Shown here: piece after piece, positions 26,814 through 35,854 of the stretch | How positions within the stretch are numbered: position 1 is the first letter of the stretch | How the letters are laid out: every line of letters begins with the position of its first letter | Origin: an uncultured Thermoleophilia bacterium | GTDB taxonomy: Bacteria; Actinomycetota; Thermoleophilia; UBA2241 | Reading direction: 5' to 3' | NCBI GenBank assembly: GCA_963775255.1 | Contig: CAVZIA010000018.1 | Coordinates: 20,607-84,606 of the forward strand | DNA length: 64,000 nt | Program-made: the position numbers and the translations under genes | The notes under the pieces: model-generated | What the model was told of the DNA's origin: nothing | Database searches by the model: none | What the model saw: the letters and a program-made list of their open reading frames with translations, nothing else

Positions 26814-27635
26814 TCAGAAGTCCTTCGCCGGTGAGCGGCCCGTGAACGCGTCCATGGCGTTGTTGAGGCCGAAGAAGTCCGCCAGCTCGTCGAAGGCCCA
26901 CACCGGGAGCAGGCGCATCATCGGGAGAGTCTGGACCATCCATGGCATCCGCACCTGCTGCGTGTTGCGCCGGACGGCCTTGAGGACGCGGTCGGCGACC
27001 TGCTGCTCCTTGAGTACCGGGAGCAGCAGGGGGAACCGCGTCTTCACGCCCTGGAACATGCCCGTGTCGATGTAGAACGGGCAGACCACGGTGGTCCGGA
27101 CGCCTCGGGCGCTGCGCCTCAGCTCCTGACGCAGCGCCTCGTTGAAGCCCACGGCAGCGAACTTGCTCGCGGCGTAGTCAGTCTCGCGGGCGGTGCCGAT
27201 GAGGCCCGCGGCGGAGGCCACGGTGACTACGTGGCCGCTCCCGCGCGCCTTCATCGCCGGCAGGAACGCCTTGGTCGTCCAGAACAGCGCCAGCGTGTTG
27301 ACGGCGAAGGTGCGCTCGATCTTCTCGTCGGGAAGGTCCAGCAGCGGCGCGCCACTGACGACGCCGGCGTTGTTGACCAGCACGTCGACGTCGCCGGCCG
27401 CGGCACGCGTCTCGTCTGCACATGCGTAGACCTGCTCGCGGTCGCTCACGTCGCAGGTGAACCCGTGAGCGCTCGAGGCGCCCGCCTCCGAGGCCTCGAG
27501 AGCGACCCTGCCGGCGCCGTCGAGGTCCCAGATCGTCACCGAGGCTCCGACTCGCGCGCAGCCCAGCGCGACGAGGCGGCCGATGCCGGAAGCCCCACCG
27601 GTGACGAGCACGTGCTTGTTGTGCAGCGCGGTCAT
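26814..27635 (-). CDS. SDR-family oxidoreductase
   Basis: TGGASGIG, NNAG and YAASK catalytic motifs. Confidence 0.9.
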   Translation of the reverse strand: MTALHNKHVLVTGGASGIGRLVALGCARVGASVTIWDLDGAGRVALEASEAGASSAHGFTCDVSDREQVYACADETRAAAGDVDVLVNNAGVVSGAPLLDLPDEKIERTFAVNTLALFWTTKAFLPAMKARGSGHVVTVASAAGLIGTARETDYAASKFAAVGFNEALRQELRRSARGVRTTVVCPFYIDTGMFQGVKTRFPLLLPVLKEQQVADRVLKAVRRNTQQVRMPWMVQTLPMMRLLPVWAFDELADFFGLNNAMDAFTGRSPAKDF

Positions 27636-27645
27636 CCTCGCCTCC

Positions 27646-29250
27646 TCACTTGATGCCGGGCACGTACTTGAGCAGGCGCACGGCCTGGGTCATCACCGCG
27701 GCGTACTGGCCGTGCTGCAGAAGCGGAGGCGTGCCGATGCTGAGCAGGTGCTCGGCCGCGACGGTCTGAGGCTCGGTGTACTTGACGAGCCCGTCGCGTC
27801 CGTGGCGGCGGCCCAGGCCGCTCTGCTTCCAGCCGCCCATGGGCGCGGCGGATGCCCAGGTGGCCGCGTACGCCTCGTTCACGTTGACCGTGCCGGCCTC
27901 GATGCGCCCTGCGACCTCGCGGCCGGCCTTCACGTCTCGCGTCCAGACGCTGGCGTTGAGCCCGTACTCGCTGTCGTTGGCGCGCGCGACCATCTCGTCC
28001 ACGGACGCGCAGCGGTGGACGGCCGCGACCGGGCCGAAGGTCTCGGCGCGGCACAGGTCCATGTCCTCGGTGACGCCGGCGAGGAGCGTCGGCTCGTAGA
28101 AGTACGGACCGAGGTCCGGGCGCGGCCTGCCGCCCGCGAGTACCTGGGCCCCCTTGCTCACGGCGTCGTCCACGTGCGCCGTGACCTTGGCGAGCTGGTC
28201 GGCGCTGGTGAGCGAGCCCATGTCGTCCGCGAACGTCAGGTTCGAGCCGAGCCTCATGCCCTGGAGCTTCTCGGCGAGACGTGGCACGAACGCGTCGTAG
28301 ATGGCGTCGTGGACGTACAGGCGCTCGATGCTGATGCACAGCTGGCCGCCGTTGGAGGTGATGCCCTGAACAGCTCCGGGGACCGCGCGCCACAGCGGCG
28401 CGTCCGGCAGGACCAGCAGCGCGTTCTTGCCGCCGAGCTCCATGGCGCAGCCCGTCAGACGCTCGCCGCACTGCGCGGCGACCTTGCGCCCCGTGGCCGT
28501 CGAGCCGGTGAACATGATGAAGTCGGTGTGCTCGATGAGCGGGGCGCCGAGCTCCGCGCCGTGGCCGGTGACGACCTGGAGCAGGCCGGCGGGCAGCCCA
28601 GCCTCCTCCAGCAGACCGGCTGCCCAGAGGCCGGTGAGCGGCGTCTGCGCGTCGGGCTTGAGCACGACGCCGTTGCCTGCCGCCAGCGCCGGGAGAGCGT
28701 CGCCGATACTGAGCGTGAACGGGTAGTTCCATGGGGCGATGATGCCGATCACCCCGCGCGGCCGGTAGTGCACTCGGGCGGAGGTCAGCACCGGCAGGGC
28801 GCCCTGAGCCCGCTGCGGCCGGAGGAACTGCTCTGCGACGTGACCGTAGTAGCGCGCCTGGATGGCGACGTCGAGCACCTCTTCGAACGCGTGGATACGC
28901 GCCTTGCCGCTCTCGAGCTGGATGAGGTCGAGGATCTCCTGGGCGTTCGCGAGCACCAGGTCGTGGTAGCGCAGGAGCACGGCGGCACGCTCCGCCACAG
29001 GCAGCGCCGCCCACTCGGCCTGCGCCGCGCGTGCGGTCGCGCAAGCGGACTCGACGTCCGCCGGCGTGCCCTGAGGCACCTCGGCCAGCACGGCGCCGGT
29101 GAACGGCGCCTCGACCGGTGTCGTGGGACACCTCGGGTCGACGGCCGCGCGCGCGGTCACGCGCGCGAGCATTGCCGCGCTCACGCGCGGGGACCACTGG
29201 GTCTGCCCGCCGGCCTTGCCGGTCGCGGGCACAGGCTTCGACTGTGTCAT
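27646..29250 (-). CDS. NAD(P)-dependent aldehyde dehydrogenase (succinate-semialdehyde dehydrogenase-like)
   Basis: ELGGKNA and GQLCISIER catalytic Glu/Cys motifs, with full-length ALDH similarity. Confidence 0.9.
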   Translation of the reverse strand: MTQSKPVPATGKAGGQTQWSPRVSAAMLARVTARAAVDPRCPTTPVEAPFTGAVLAEVPQGTPADVESACATARAAQAEWAALPVAERAAVLLRYHDLVLANAQEILDLIQLESGKARIHAFEEVLDVAIQARYYGHVAEQFLRPQRAQGALPVLTSARVHYRPRGVIGIIAPWNYPFTLSIGDALPALAAGNGVVLKPDAQTPLTGLWAAGLLEEAGLPAGLLQVVTGHGAELGAPLIEHTDFIMFTGSTATGRKVAAQCGERLTGCAMELGGKNALLVLPDAPLWRAVPGAVQGITSNGGQLCISIERLYVHDAIYDAFVPRLAEKLQGMRLGSNLTFADDMGSLTSADQLAKVTAHVDDAVSKGAQVLAGGRPRPDLGPYFYEPTLLAGVTEDMDLCRAETFGPVAAVHRCASVDEMVARANDSEYGLNASVWTRDVKAGREVAGRIEAGTVNVNEAYAATWASAAPMGGWKQSGLGRRHGRDGLVKYTEPQTVAAEHLLSIGTPPLLQHGQYAAVMTQAVRLLKYVPGIK

Positions 29251-29276
29251 GTCTTCCTCCCGCCTCGGGCCGTGCC

Positions 29277-30611
29277 TCAGCGTCTGGCCCGTTTGTCGTC
29301 GAACATTCGCTGGTCGGCACGCTCGATGAGCTCCTGCAGCGTGGCCCTGTCTCCCGGCTCCCAGTCCACGGCGCCGAGGCTGAGCGAGATCTGGTGCGAC
29401 CGCCCGCCCTTGGCGTTGGCGCCCTCGACCCGACGCCGCACCCGCTGCACCAGGTCGGCGGTCACGGCCGGCTCGTCCTCCACCAGGATCACGAACTCGT
29501 CGCCGCCCACGCGCCCGGCTACGTCCGACTCGCGTGCGCTGGCGCGGATCAAGTCGGCGACGGTGCGCAGCGTCTCGTCGCCCTGGGCGTGCCCGAAGCG
29601 GTCGTTGACGGCTTTGAGGCCGTCGACGTCCACGTAGATGACGCCCAGGCCGCGCGCCCTGCGCCGCGCGATGCGCAGCGTGTGCTCGCCGAGCGCGAAG
29701 AGCCCTCGCCGGTTGTAGAGGCCCGTGAGCTCGTCGGTGAGCGAGAGCATGCGCAGCTGCTCCTCGCGCTGCCTGAGCGTGGTCTCCGCCGCCTTCTGCG
29801 CCGTGATGTCGATGATGTAGCCCTCATACGCCGTCACGGCGCCGTCCTCACCGCGCACCGCGTGGGTGAAATCGCGGACCCAGTGGCACTCGTCGTCGGC
29901 GTCGAGGATGCGGTACTCCTGCACCCAGTTCTCGAGGCCGACCCGGGCCTTGTCGTTGCCCTCCTCGCTGATCCAGTCGATGTCTGCGGGGTCGACGATG
30001 CTCGCGTAGGTGCGCCGGCCGCCGGTGAACTCCTCCGGCGTGTACCCGTAGGCGCTGATGTTGGGGGAGACGTACTCGACCACGCCTTCGTCGCTGGAAT
30101 CCCAGCGGAACGTGACCACGGGGCCCCCGACGAGCAGGTCGCGCTCCTGTTGCAGGCCGGTCTCGGCTTGCTTGCGGCGCGTGATCTCCTCCGTGAGCGT
30201 GCGCTCGCGCTCTTCGAGCAGGACGACCATCGAGTTGAAGGCCTCGGAGAACTCGCCCATGAAGTCGATGCGCTGCGTGTAGTCGCCGCGGGCGATCTCC
30301 TGCGTCTGCCGCGTGAGCCGGCTGAGGCGTCCGTGCATCTCGACGAGCGGGAGCGCCATGCGGTTATCCGTCGACGGGAGCGGCGCGGCGAGCTCGCCGT
30401 GCGAGAGCGGGACGACGAAGTCGCGGATCTCGACGAGCATCTTCATGAGGCGGTTCGCCGTCCGGGCGAGGGGGAGCGCTGCGGCAGAACATGTGGCCTC
30501 GTTGACGGGGTGCAGTCCGCGCCCCTCCAGGAGATCGCGCAGGGCCTGGTCGATGGCTCCGACGCAGGGCTCCAGATCCTCCCGCTCGCGGTCCTCGACG
30601 TGGGGGCTCAC
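29277..30611 (-). CDS. PAS-domain diguanylate cyclase (GGDEF) with I-site
   Basis: HAMP-like linker, PAS domain, then RESD-x5-GGDEF. Start uncertain: GTG 30611, ATG 30446 or ATG 30440. Confidence 0.85.
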   Translation of the reverse strand: MSPHVEDREREDLEPCVGAIDQALRDLLEGRGLHPVNEATCSAAALPLARTANRLMKMLVEIRDFVVPLSHGELAAPLPSTDNRMALPLVEMHGRLSRLTRQTQEIARGDYTQRIDFMGEFSEAFNSMVVLLEERERTLTEEITRRKQAETGLQQERDLLVGGPVVTFRWDSSDEGVVEYVSPNISAYGYTPEEFTGGRRTYASIVDPADIDWISEEGNDKARVGLENWVQEYRILDADDECHWVRDFTHAVRGEDGAVTAYEGYIIDITAQKAAETTLRQREEQLRMLSLTDELTGLYNRRGLFALGEHTLRIARRRARGLGVIYVDVDGLKAVNDRFGHAQGDETLRTVADLIRASARESDVAGRVGGDEFVILVEDEPAVTADLVQRVRRRVEGANAKGGRSHQISLSLGAVDWEPGDRATLQELIERADQRMFDDKRARR

Positions 30612-30819
30612 GGCGCCGTCCGATCTGCTGTGCCGGTACGCTGTGCATGGCCTGTGGCCGTACGGCGGTGCATCGTCGTCCCCCGACTCCGTGAGCACTG
30701 GTGCTGCGCAGTCTACACCCGCACCGCCGGGCTGGCCGTTCCAGACAGCGTGTGACCGCGGCGGGGGGTATCGGGCCCGCTGCGGCGAACATGAGGGCGA
30801 GCGTCCGAGGAGGCCGACG

Positions 30820-32646
30820 GTGACAACGTGGTGGCGCGCGAGCGTGCTCGCGGCGGCCGGCGCGGCGATGCTGCTCGCCGGCTGCGGCATCCGCGTGGCC
30901 GCAGAGCCGTCACGCGCGCCGGCGCGAACGGTGATGCGCCCCGCCGCCGAGGCCTCTCCGGTGACGGCGGCCACGCCATCGGGCGGCGCCTCGCTCGAGC
31001 CTCTCACTCCGGCTGCGCCCCTCGGCTCCGCGTCTTGCTTACCGTCCGGCTCCCCCTCCGCGACCGCGTGGCCGTCGCCCCTGCCTTCGGCCTCGGCCCT
31101 CCAGCCGCCTCCGGCGCCGGCCACTCCACGCGAGCGGTCTCTGGCGGCGGCCGCCCGCCGCGTGCAGGCCGCCGCCGCCGTCCGCGCGGCCGTGCCCGCG
31201 TTCGACCAGCTGGCCGCAGGGATCGTCGCCCGCAGCGGCGTGCCGGGAGCGGCGGTCGCCGTGGTCGCCGGCGACACCGTCATGTACAGCCGCTGCTTCG
31301 GGCTGAGGGAGATGGGCGCGCCGGACGCCGTCGACGACGACACCCTGTTCCAGATCGGCGCGGTCTCGCGCGCGTACGCCACGACCCTGCTGGCGTCGCT
31401 GGCCGGCGAAGGAGAGCTCTCCTGGGACCTGCCGGTGCGCCGTGTATGGCCGGGCTTCCGCCTGCGCAATCGCTGGGCGACGCGCGCCGCCACCTTCAGG
31501 GACCTCACGGCGGCGCGCAGCGGGCTGCCGGCCTACGCCGGCACGGAGCTGCGCGCCTTCGGCTACTCGCGTTCTGAGATCCTGCGGCGGCTCCGCTATC
31601 TGCGGCCCGCCGCCGGCTTCCGAGCCGTCTGGGCGCCGCAGGACGCGCTGGTCGTGGCCGCGGCCGCCGCGGCGGAGCGGGCCACCGGGCAGTCGTGGGC
31701 TCAGCTGATGCTGACGCGCGTGTTGCAGCCGACCGGAGCGTACCGCACCGTGCTCGGCTACCGCGCCTTCGTGCGGTCCGTGGACACGGCCACTCCGCAC
31801 CGGCTGGTCGACGGGACGATGGCGCCGCAGAACCCTGCCGACGAGGACGTGTTCGCGGCGGCCCTCGGGGTCGGCTCGAACTTGACCGATCTGGTGACGT
31901 TCGCGCGGCTGCAACTGAACGGGGGCGCGCTCGCCGGCGTCCGCGTGGCTCCTGCCGACCTGCTCGCGCAGACGTTGCGCGCCACGACGGCGGTCGCCGA
32001 CGCTCCGGACGGCACACTGGCGGCCGGTCTTGGCTGGCAGCTCTCCAGCATCGACGGCCGGCTCGTCGCGACCGCCGCAGGCGGTCTTGCCTGCGGGTCG
32101 AGCGCCGTCGTCACGCTGCTCCCCGACGAGGGCGTGGCGGTGGTAGTGCTCGCCAACGCCTATCCCCAGGGCCTCGCCCTCGGGCGGGCGCTCGCGCACA
32201 CGCTCGTCGACTTCGAAGCGCTGGGAGCGCCGCAGGACGACTGGCTCGCCGCCGAGCAGGCCACCGCGGCGGAGGAGACCCAGGCGCCGGAGGCCGGTGG
32301 AGAGTGGCAGGCGCAAGCCGCCGCCGCCGCTCAGCGGGGCCTGACGCTGCCGCCCGGGCCGCCGGCCGGCGCGGCGCCGCCGCGGGGCAGGGGCATCTAC
32401 TCCGGCGTGTACGAGGACAGGTACTACGGGCGCGTCACCGTGAGCCGCGGCGCGGGCGACGGGCTCTCGGTGCGGCTCGGCCAAGGAGTCGTCCTTCGCT
32501 ACGTGCCGTGGAGCGGCGACGTGTGGCGGGAGGCGGCGTCAGGGACGGCCGCCGTCTTCGACGTGCGCGGCGGCCGTGCCGAGACCGTCACGCTCACGCT
32601 GCTCACGTTCGACGGGCGGCGCGGCGCGTTCGCCCGCGTCCGCTGA
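30820..32646 (+). CDS. beta-lactamase-fold (serine-hydrolase family) lipoprotein with degenerate catalytic motifs and a C-terminal beta domain
   Basis: Lipobox LLAGC follows a GTG start with RBS GAGGAGG. PF00144-like core, but the SxxK position reads GAVSRAY. See finding. Confidence 0.75.
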   Translation: MTTWWRASVLAAAGAAMLLAGCGIRVAAEPSRAPARTVMRPAAEASPVTAATPSGGASLEPLTPAAPLGSASCLPSGSPSATAWPSPLPSASALQPPPAPATPRERSLAAAARRVQAAAAVRAAVPAFDQLAAGIVARSGVPGAAVAVVAGDTVMYSRCFGLREMGAPDAVDDDTLFQIGAVSRAYATTLLASLAGEGELSWDLPVRRVWPGFRLRNRWATRAATFRDLTAARSGLPAYAGTELRAFGYSRSEILRRLRYLRPAAGFRAVWAPQDALVVAAAAAAERATGQSWAQLMLTRVLQPTGAYRTVLGYRAFVRSVDTATPHRLVDGTMAPQNPADEDVFAAALGVGSNLTDLVTFARLQLNGGALAGVRVAPADLLAQTLRATTAVADAPDGTLAAGLGWQLSSIDGRLVATAAGGLACGSSAVVTLLPDEGVAVVVLANAYPQGLALGRALAHTLVDFEALGAPQDDWLAAEQATAAEETQAPEAGGEWQAQAAAAAQRGLTLPPGPPAGAAPPRGRGIYSGVYEDRYYGRVTVSRGAGDGLSVRLGQGVVLRYVPWSGDVWREAASGTAAVFDVRGGRAETVTLTLLTFDGRRGAFARVR

Positions 32647-32694
32647 CGGCGCCGGCCGGGCGGTCTCTTGCCCGCCGCGGTCCCTCGCCCGCGG

Positions 32695-32847
32695 CTACTT
32701 GCGCCGCTTGCGCCCCATCAGGATGCTGTTGAGCAGCATGCCGAAGGCAAGGCCCGCTATGGCCGCGCCGATGAGCAGCAGGACCTTGCCGCCCGAGGTG
32801 ACCGCGACGATCGCGAGCACGCCGCCGGTGGCCGCAAGAAGTGTCAT
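32695..32847 (-). CDS. possible 50-aa double-TM micro-protein
   Basis: ATG...TAG frame reads MTLLAATGGVLAIVAVTSGGKVLLLIGAAIAGLAFGMLLNSILMGRKRRK. High GC3. Lies 25 nt downstream of the PAS gene. Weak RBS. Too short for the ORF track. Confidence 0.3.
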   Translation of the reverse strand: MTLLAATGGVLAIVAVTSGGKVLLLIGAAIAGLAFGMLLNSILMGRKRRK

Positions 32848-32871
32848 GGTCTCAGCTTCAGGGCGCCGGCG

Positions 32872-33264
32872 TCACCAGCCGGGGAGCGCCTGCTCGCCCT
32901 CCAGCGCCCGCGCGCCGGTCACGTTCTCGTTGACCTCGAGGATGCCCTTGTAGCTCCCTTCGTGGTCGCGAAGGGCGAAGTACCGCGTACGCTTGTACTT
33001 GCCCTTCTCTTCACCCCAGCCCTCGGCCACGTCCTTCTCGCCGGCCTTGAAGGCGCGCAGGATCTCCTCCAGACACGCCATGGAACTCTCGGGGTGGCAC
33101 TCGCGGACGTCGCGGCCGATGAAGCGTCCGTCGCAGGTCTTGTAGGTCTCGCCCTTCCAGTAGACGAGCACGTCGTCCTCGTCGGCGACGCTGAGGTCTG
33201 CCGGGAGGAACGAGAACACCAGATCGGCCAGTTCGGGAGTGAGACTGCCGCGCTTCCACAGCAT
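32872..33264 (-). CDS. stand-alone PAS domain protein (paralog of the DUF438 protein C-terminus)
   Basis: Aligns with the last ~125 aa of the 33548-35011 product (RDVRECHPESS / RKVQNCHPPQS; ILRAFKAGEK / ILDAFRAGEK; NVTGARALEG / DVTGIRALEG). GTG 33276 is an alternative start. Confidence 0.7.
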   Translation of the reverse strand: MLWKRGSLTPELADLVFSFLPADLSVADEDDVLVYWKGETYKTCDGRFIGRDVRECHPESSMACLEEILRAFKAGEKDVAEGWGEEKGKYKRTRYFALRDHEGSYKGILEVNENVTGARALEGEQALPGW

Positions 33265-33430
33265 GGTGGGGACCACCTCTCAGCGGGATTGGATGCCGCC
33301 GCCATCGTATCGCGGCGCCGTCGAGTGGCGCGAGCTGGTGCGCGAGGGCGTCACCACGGTCACCGAGGACCGGAGTCCAGAGGCTGTCGCGCAGCGGCGG
33401 ACCTGCCGGCAACAGGTAGTGCTCTCGGGG

Positions 33431-33483
33431 TGCGTACGTCGGAACGTACGTTTCTCGACGACTTGCGTACGCTGGAACGTACG
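33431..33483. promoter_or_regulatory. 20-bp direct repeat carrying four CGTACG palindromes
   Basis: tgcgtacgTCggaacgtacg (33431-33450) and tgcgtacgCTggaacgtacg (33464-33483), offset by 33 bp, in the 283-bp gap upstream of the PAS gene. Confidence 0.45.
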
Positions 33484-33547
33484 CAGTCCCTTCGCACTAC
33501 CCCCCTCGAGCGATCAGGCGACGGCCGCCCTCCGGAAGAAGCGCCGG

Positions 33548-35011
33548 CTACCAGTCGAGCAGCCGGCGCTGGCCCTCCAGGGCGCGAATGCCCGTAACGT
33601 CCTGCACGGTCTCCACGACGCCGCGGTAGTCCCCACCCGCGTCGCGCACCGCGAGGTACCGGATGTGCAGGAACTTGCCCTGCATCTCGATCCAGAACTC
33701 GGCGGTGCTCTTCTCGCCGGCGCGGAACGCGTCGAGGATCTGCTGCACCTTGTGCACGCTCTGCGGCGGGTGGCAGTTCTGCACCTTGCGGCCGATCACG
33801 CCGGGGCTGCGTGGGAAGATGCGGTGGCCCTCACTGTAGAAGCGGACGCGGTCGTGCTCGTCCACGTACTGGAAGTCGATGGGGAGGACGCCGAGCACCA
33901 GGTTCAGCTCTTCGAGGTCGAGCCCGCCGGTGTTGAGGGCGAGGAGGCCGCCGCCGGCGGGCGCAGCCGCTCCGGCCGGCGCAGCGGAGGGCCACGCGGG
34001 CACGCCCTCGATGAAGGCGTAGCCGATGTCCGCCTCTCCGGCGCGGATCTGTGCCCATTCGTCGTCGCCGAGCGTGTCGAAGGCCATGGGGTGGAGCACC
34101 TGCTCCTCCTTGGTCACCATGTCGTCGGCCATCTTGGCCAGGGCGAGGCAGGTGCTCACGGCCAGCGCCGCCTCGTCCTCGGCGATCGTCGCGCGCGCCT
34201 GCTTGATCAGCGCGCGGATGTCATCGTGGATGGACCACATGACCTTGCTCGGACCCTCCACGCCGTGCGTCTCGAGGAAGGGGAAGAGCTGGTTCTCCTT
34301 GCGCAGGTAGTGCCTGTCGACGTCGGCGAGCCGCTCCACGGTGTCGGCCAGCGCGCCCTTCAGGCGCGCCCAGGCGGCGCCGTCCGGCGGCTCGCCGATC
34401 GCTTCGGCGACCTTGCGCAGCGACGCCGTCACCTGCAGCAGCGCCTGGTTCTCGCGCTGGAACGTGTCCAGCGGGTGGCCCGCCGGAGCCTTGACCGCCT
34501 CGTGGCCCTCGAGCGCTTCGGCGAACACCTGCACGTGCACGTCGCAGAGGCGCTTGACCTCGGTGTCGGGGACGCCGCCCTCGATGAGCTTCTGCTCCAT
34601 GGCGGCGATCTCCGTGGCCTCCACGTCCTGGATGAGCTCCTCGAACCGCGGCTTGACCTCCTCCACCGTCTTGCCGGCGTGCAGGTCCTTGACGATGGCG
34701 TGCAGCTCCGCCAGCCGCGCCGGGTCGATCGTCCCGGCGTCGGCCACGTCGGCAATGGGCGGCCGCGTGCCGGTCTTGCGCTCGACCTCGTCGGCGATGT
34801 CCTGCGTGAGCGCATTGAGCGGCACGTTGCCCTGCTCCGCCACCGTGTCCAGGGTCGCCATGCGGCCCACAGTCCGGCGCAGCACCGGGTTGCTGAGCTT
34901 CTTGAACTCCGGGTGGTACTCCGCCAGGTAGTCCAGGAGGAACGGGTACTCCTTGAGCAGCGTGCGGATGGTGGTCTTGGGGGTGATCGTCAGCGGCGGC
35001 GTGGTGCTCAT
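33548..35011 (-). CDS. DUF1858 / hemerythrin-like / DUF438 / PAS multidomain sensor-type protein
   Basis: N-terminal DUF1858-like region (TIRTLLKEYPFLLDYLAEYHPEF), central His/Glu-rich hemerythrin-like helices and a C-terminal PAS domain. ATG 35011 follows GGAG. TTG 35023 is the ORF-track start. Confidence 0.85.
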   Translation of the reverse strand: MSTTPPLTITPKTTIRTLLKEYPFLLDYLAEYHPEFKKLSNPVLRRTVGRMATLDTVAEQGNVPLNALTQDIADEVERKTGTRPPIADVADAGTIDPARLAELHAIVKDLHAGKTVEEVKPRFEELIQDVEATEIAAMEQKLIEGGVPDTEVKRLCDVHVQVFAEALEGHEAVKAPAGHPLDTFQRENQALLQVTASLRKVAEAIGEPPDGAAWARLKGALADTVERLADVDRHYLRKENQLFPFLETHGVEGPSKVMWSIHDDIRALIKQARATIAEDEAALAVSTCLALAKMADDMVTKEEQVLHPMAFDTLGDDEWAQIRAGEADIGYAFIEGVPAWPSAAPAGAAAPAGGGLLALNTGGLDLEELNLVLGVLPIDFQYVDEHDRVRFYSEGHRIFPRSPGVIGRKVQNCHPPQSVHKVQQILDAFRAGEKSTAEFWIEMQGKFLHIRYLAVRDAGGDYRGVVETVQDVTGIRALEGQRRLLDW

Positions 35012-35210
35012 ACCCGACTCCAAAGGTTGGGATTATCTCTGGGGCGAATGTACCACTACCGCTCACCGCGAGTCTTGACGTTGCTCAAGCGGCTGGTCGA
35101 TGGCTGCGGAGGCCTGAAGCCGCGCCGTCGTGGTTCCCGGGCCGTGAGGGGAAACACGGGGTGAGGCGTGCGCGCCTGTCGCGGGCGCACGAAACGAGGA
35201 GGGAGGTTCC

Positions 35211-35537
35211 ATGCCCACCATCCGTGCATCCGTCGACGTGGACGCACCGCTCGAGTTCGCCAAGCTGCAGTAGGACGAGTTCGTCCTCGAGTCTCTGCTG
35301 AGCGGGTACAACCGCGGACTCATCGACGAAGACGACGTGAAGGCCGGCAACGTGAGGTTCTCCTCCAAGGGCGAACAGCTCGTCGATGTCGATGTCCGGC
35401 TCGGCTACACGCTGCGGAGCGTCTCGGGCGCCGAGATGGAGGTCTCGCATGCCCAAGGAGTTCTCGAGCACGACCTGGAGAAATATCGTCGCATCGTGGC
35501 CGGTCGCTGCGAGCGGCTGGACTGCCGTCACGACTAA
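35211..35537 (+). pseudogene. 108-codon ORF interrupted by an in-frame TAG at codon 21
   Basis: ATG 35211 follows GAGGAGGGAGG. High GC3 is seen in the same frame on both sides of the TAG (35271-35273). The ORF track only reports the GTG 35337 remnant. Confidence 0.45.
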
Positions 35538-35551
35538 GGCTCAGGGAGGGC

Positions 35552-35586
35552 GGCGGCCGGGACCCCGGAAGAGGGTCCCGGCCGCC
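35552..35586. terminator. bidirectional hairpin between convergent genes
   Basis: 14-bp perfect stem ggcggccgggaccc / gggtcccggccgcc with a 7-nt loop. Confidence 0.6.
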
Positions 35587-35602
35587 GCGCTCGGCGTTCC
35601 GG

Positions 35603-35854
35603 CTACCTTGCGTCGCGGCGCGCCTGGCGGCGCTTGTGGCGCCGCCACATCAGCGCGAACTGGCCGACCACGAACGCCACCACCGCCGTGATCAGCAGCC
35701 CGAGCCAGAGCGGCAGCGTGAAGTCCCAGAACAGGTACTTGAACGTCGTGTCCGCCGTGTTCTGGAAGATGAAGAGGAGCAGCAGCACCAGCAGGATGCC
35801 GCCGCCGATGAGGAAGCCGTTGCCTCCCTTTGACCCCTGTGGACCCTGTGTCAT
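35603..35854 (-). CDS. LapA/DUF1049-family small membrane protein
   Basis: 83 aa with two TM helices flanking FKYLFWDFTLPLW, and a basic C-terminus. Confidence 0.65.
   Translation of the reverse strand: MTQGPQGSKGGNGFLIGGGILLVLLLLFIFQNTADTTFKYLFWDFTLPLWLGLLITAVVAFVVGQFALMWRRHKRRQARRDAR

Noticed and set aside
35271-35273. Possibility that TAG is a sense codon (pyrrolysine or reassignment), given two in-frame TAGs in coding-like frames (35271 and 45842)
   Set aside because: TAG clearly terminates several solid genes in the window (sdhC 1087-1089, the macro-domain gene 5639-5641, the NhaP-type antiporter 7258-7260, the OCD-family gene 11854-11856, nrdJ 20086-20088, asp23 20585-20587). No pyl genes or methylamine methyltransferases are present.
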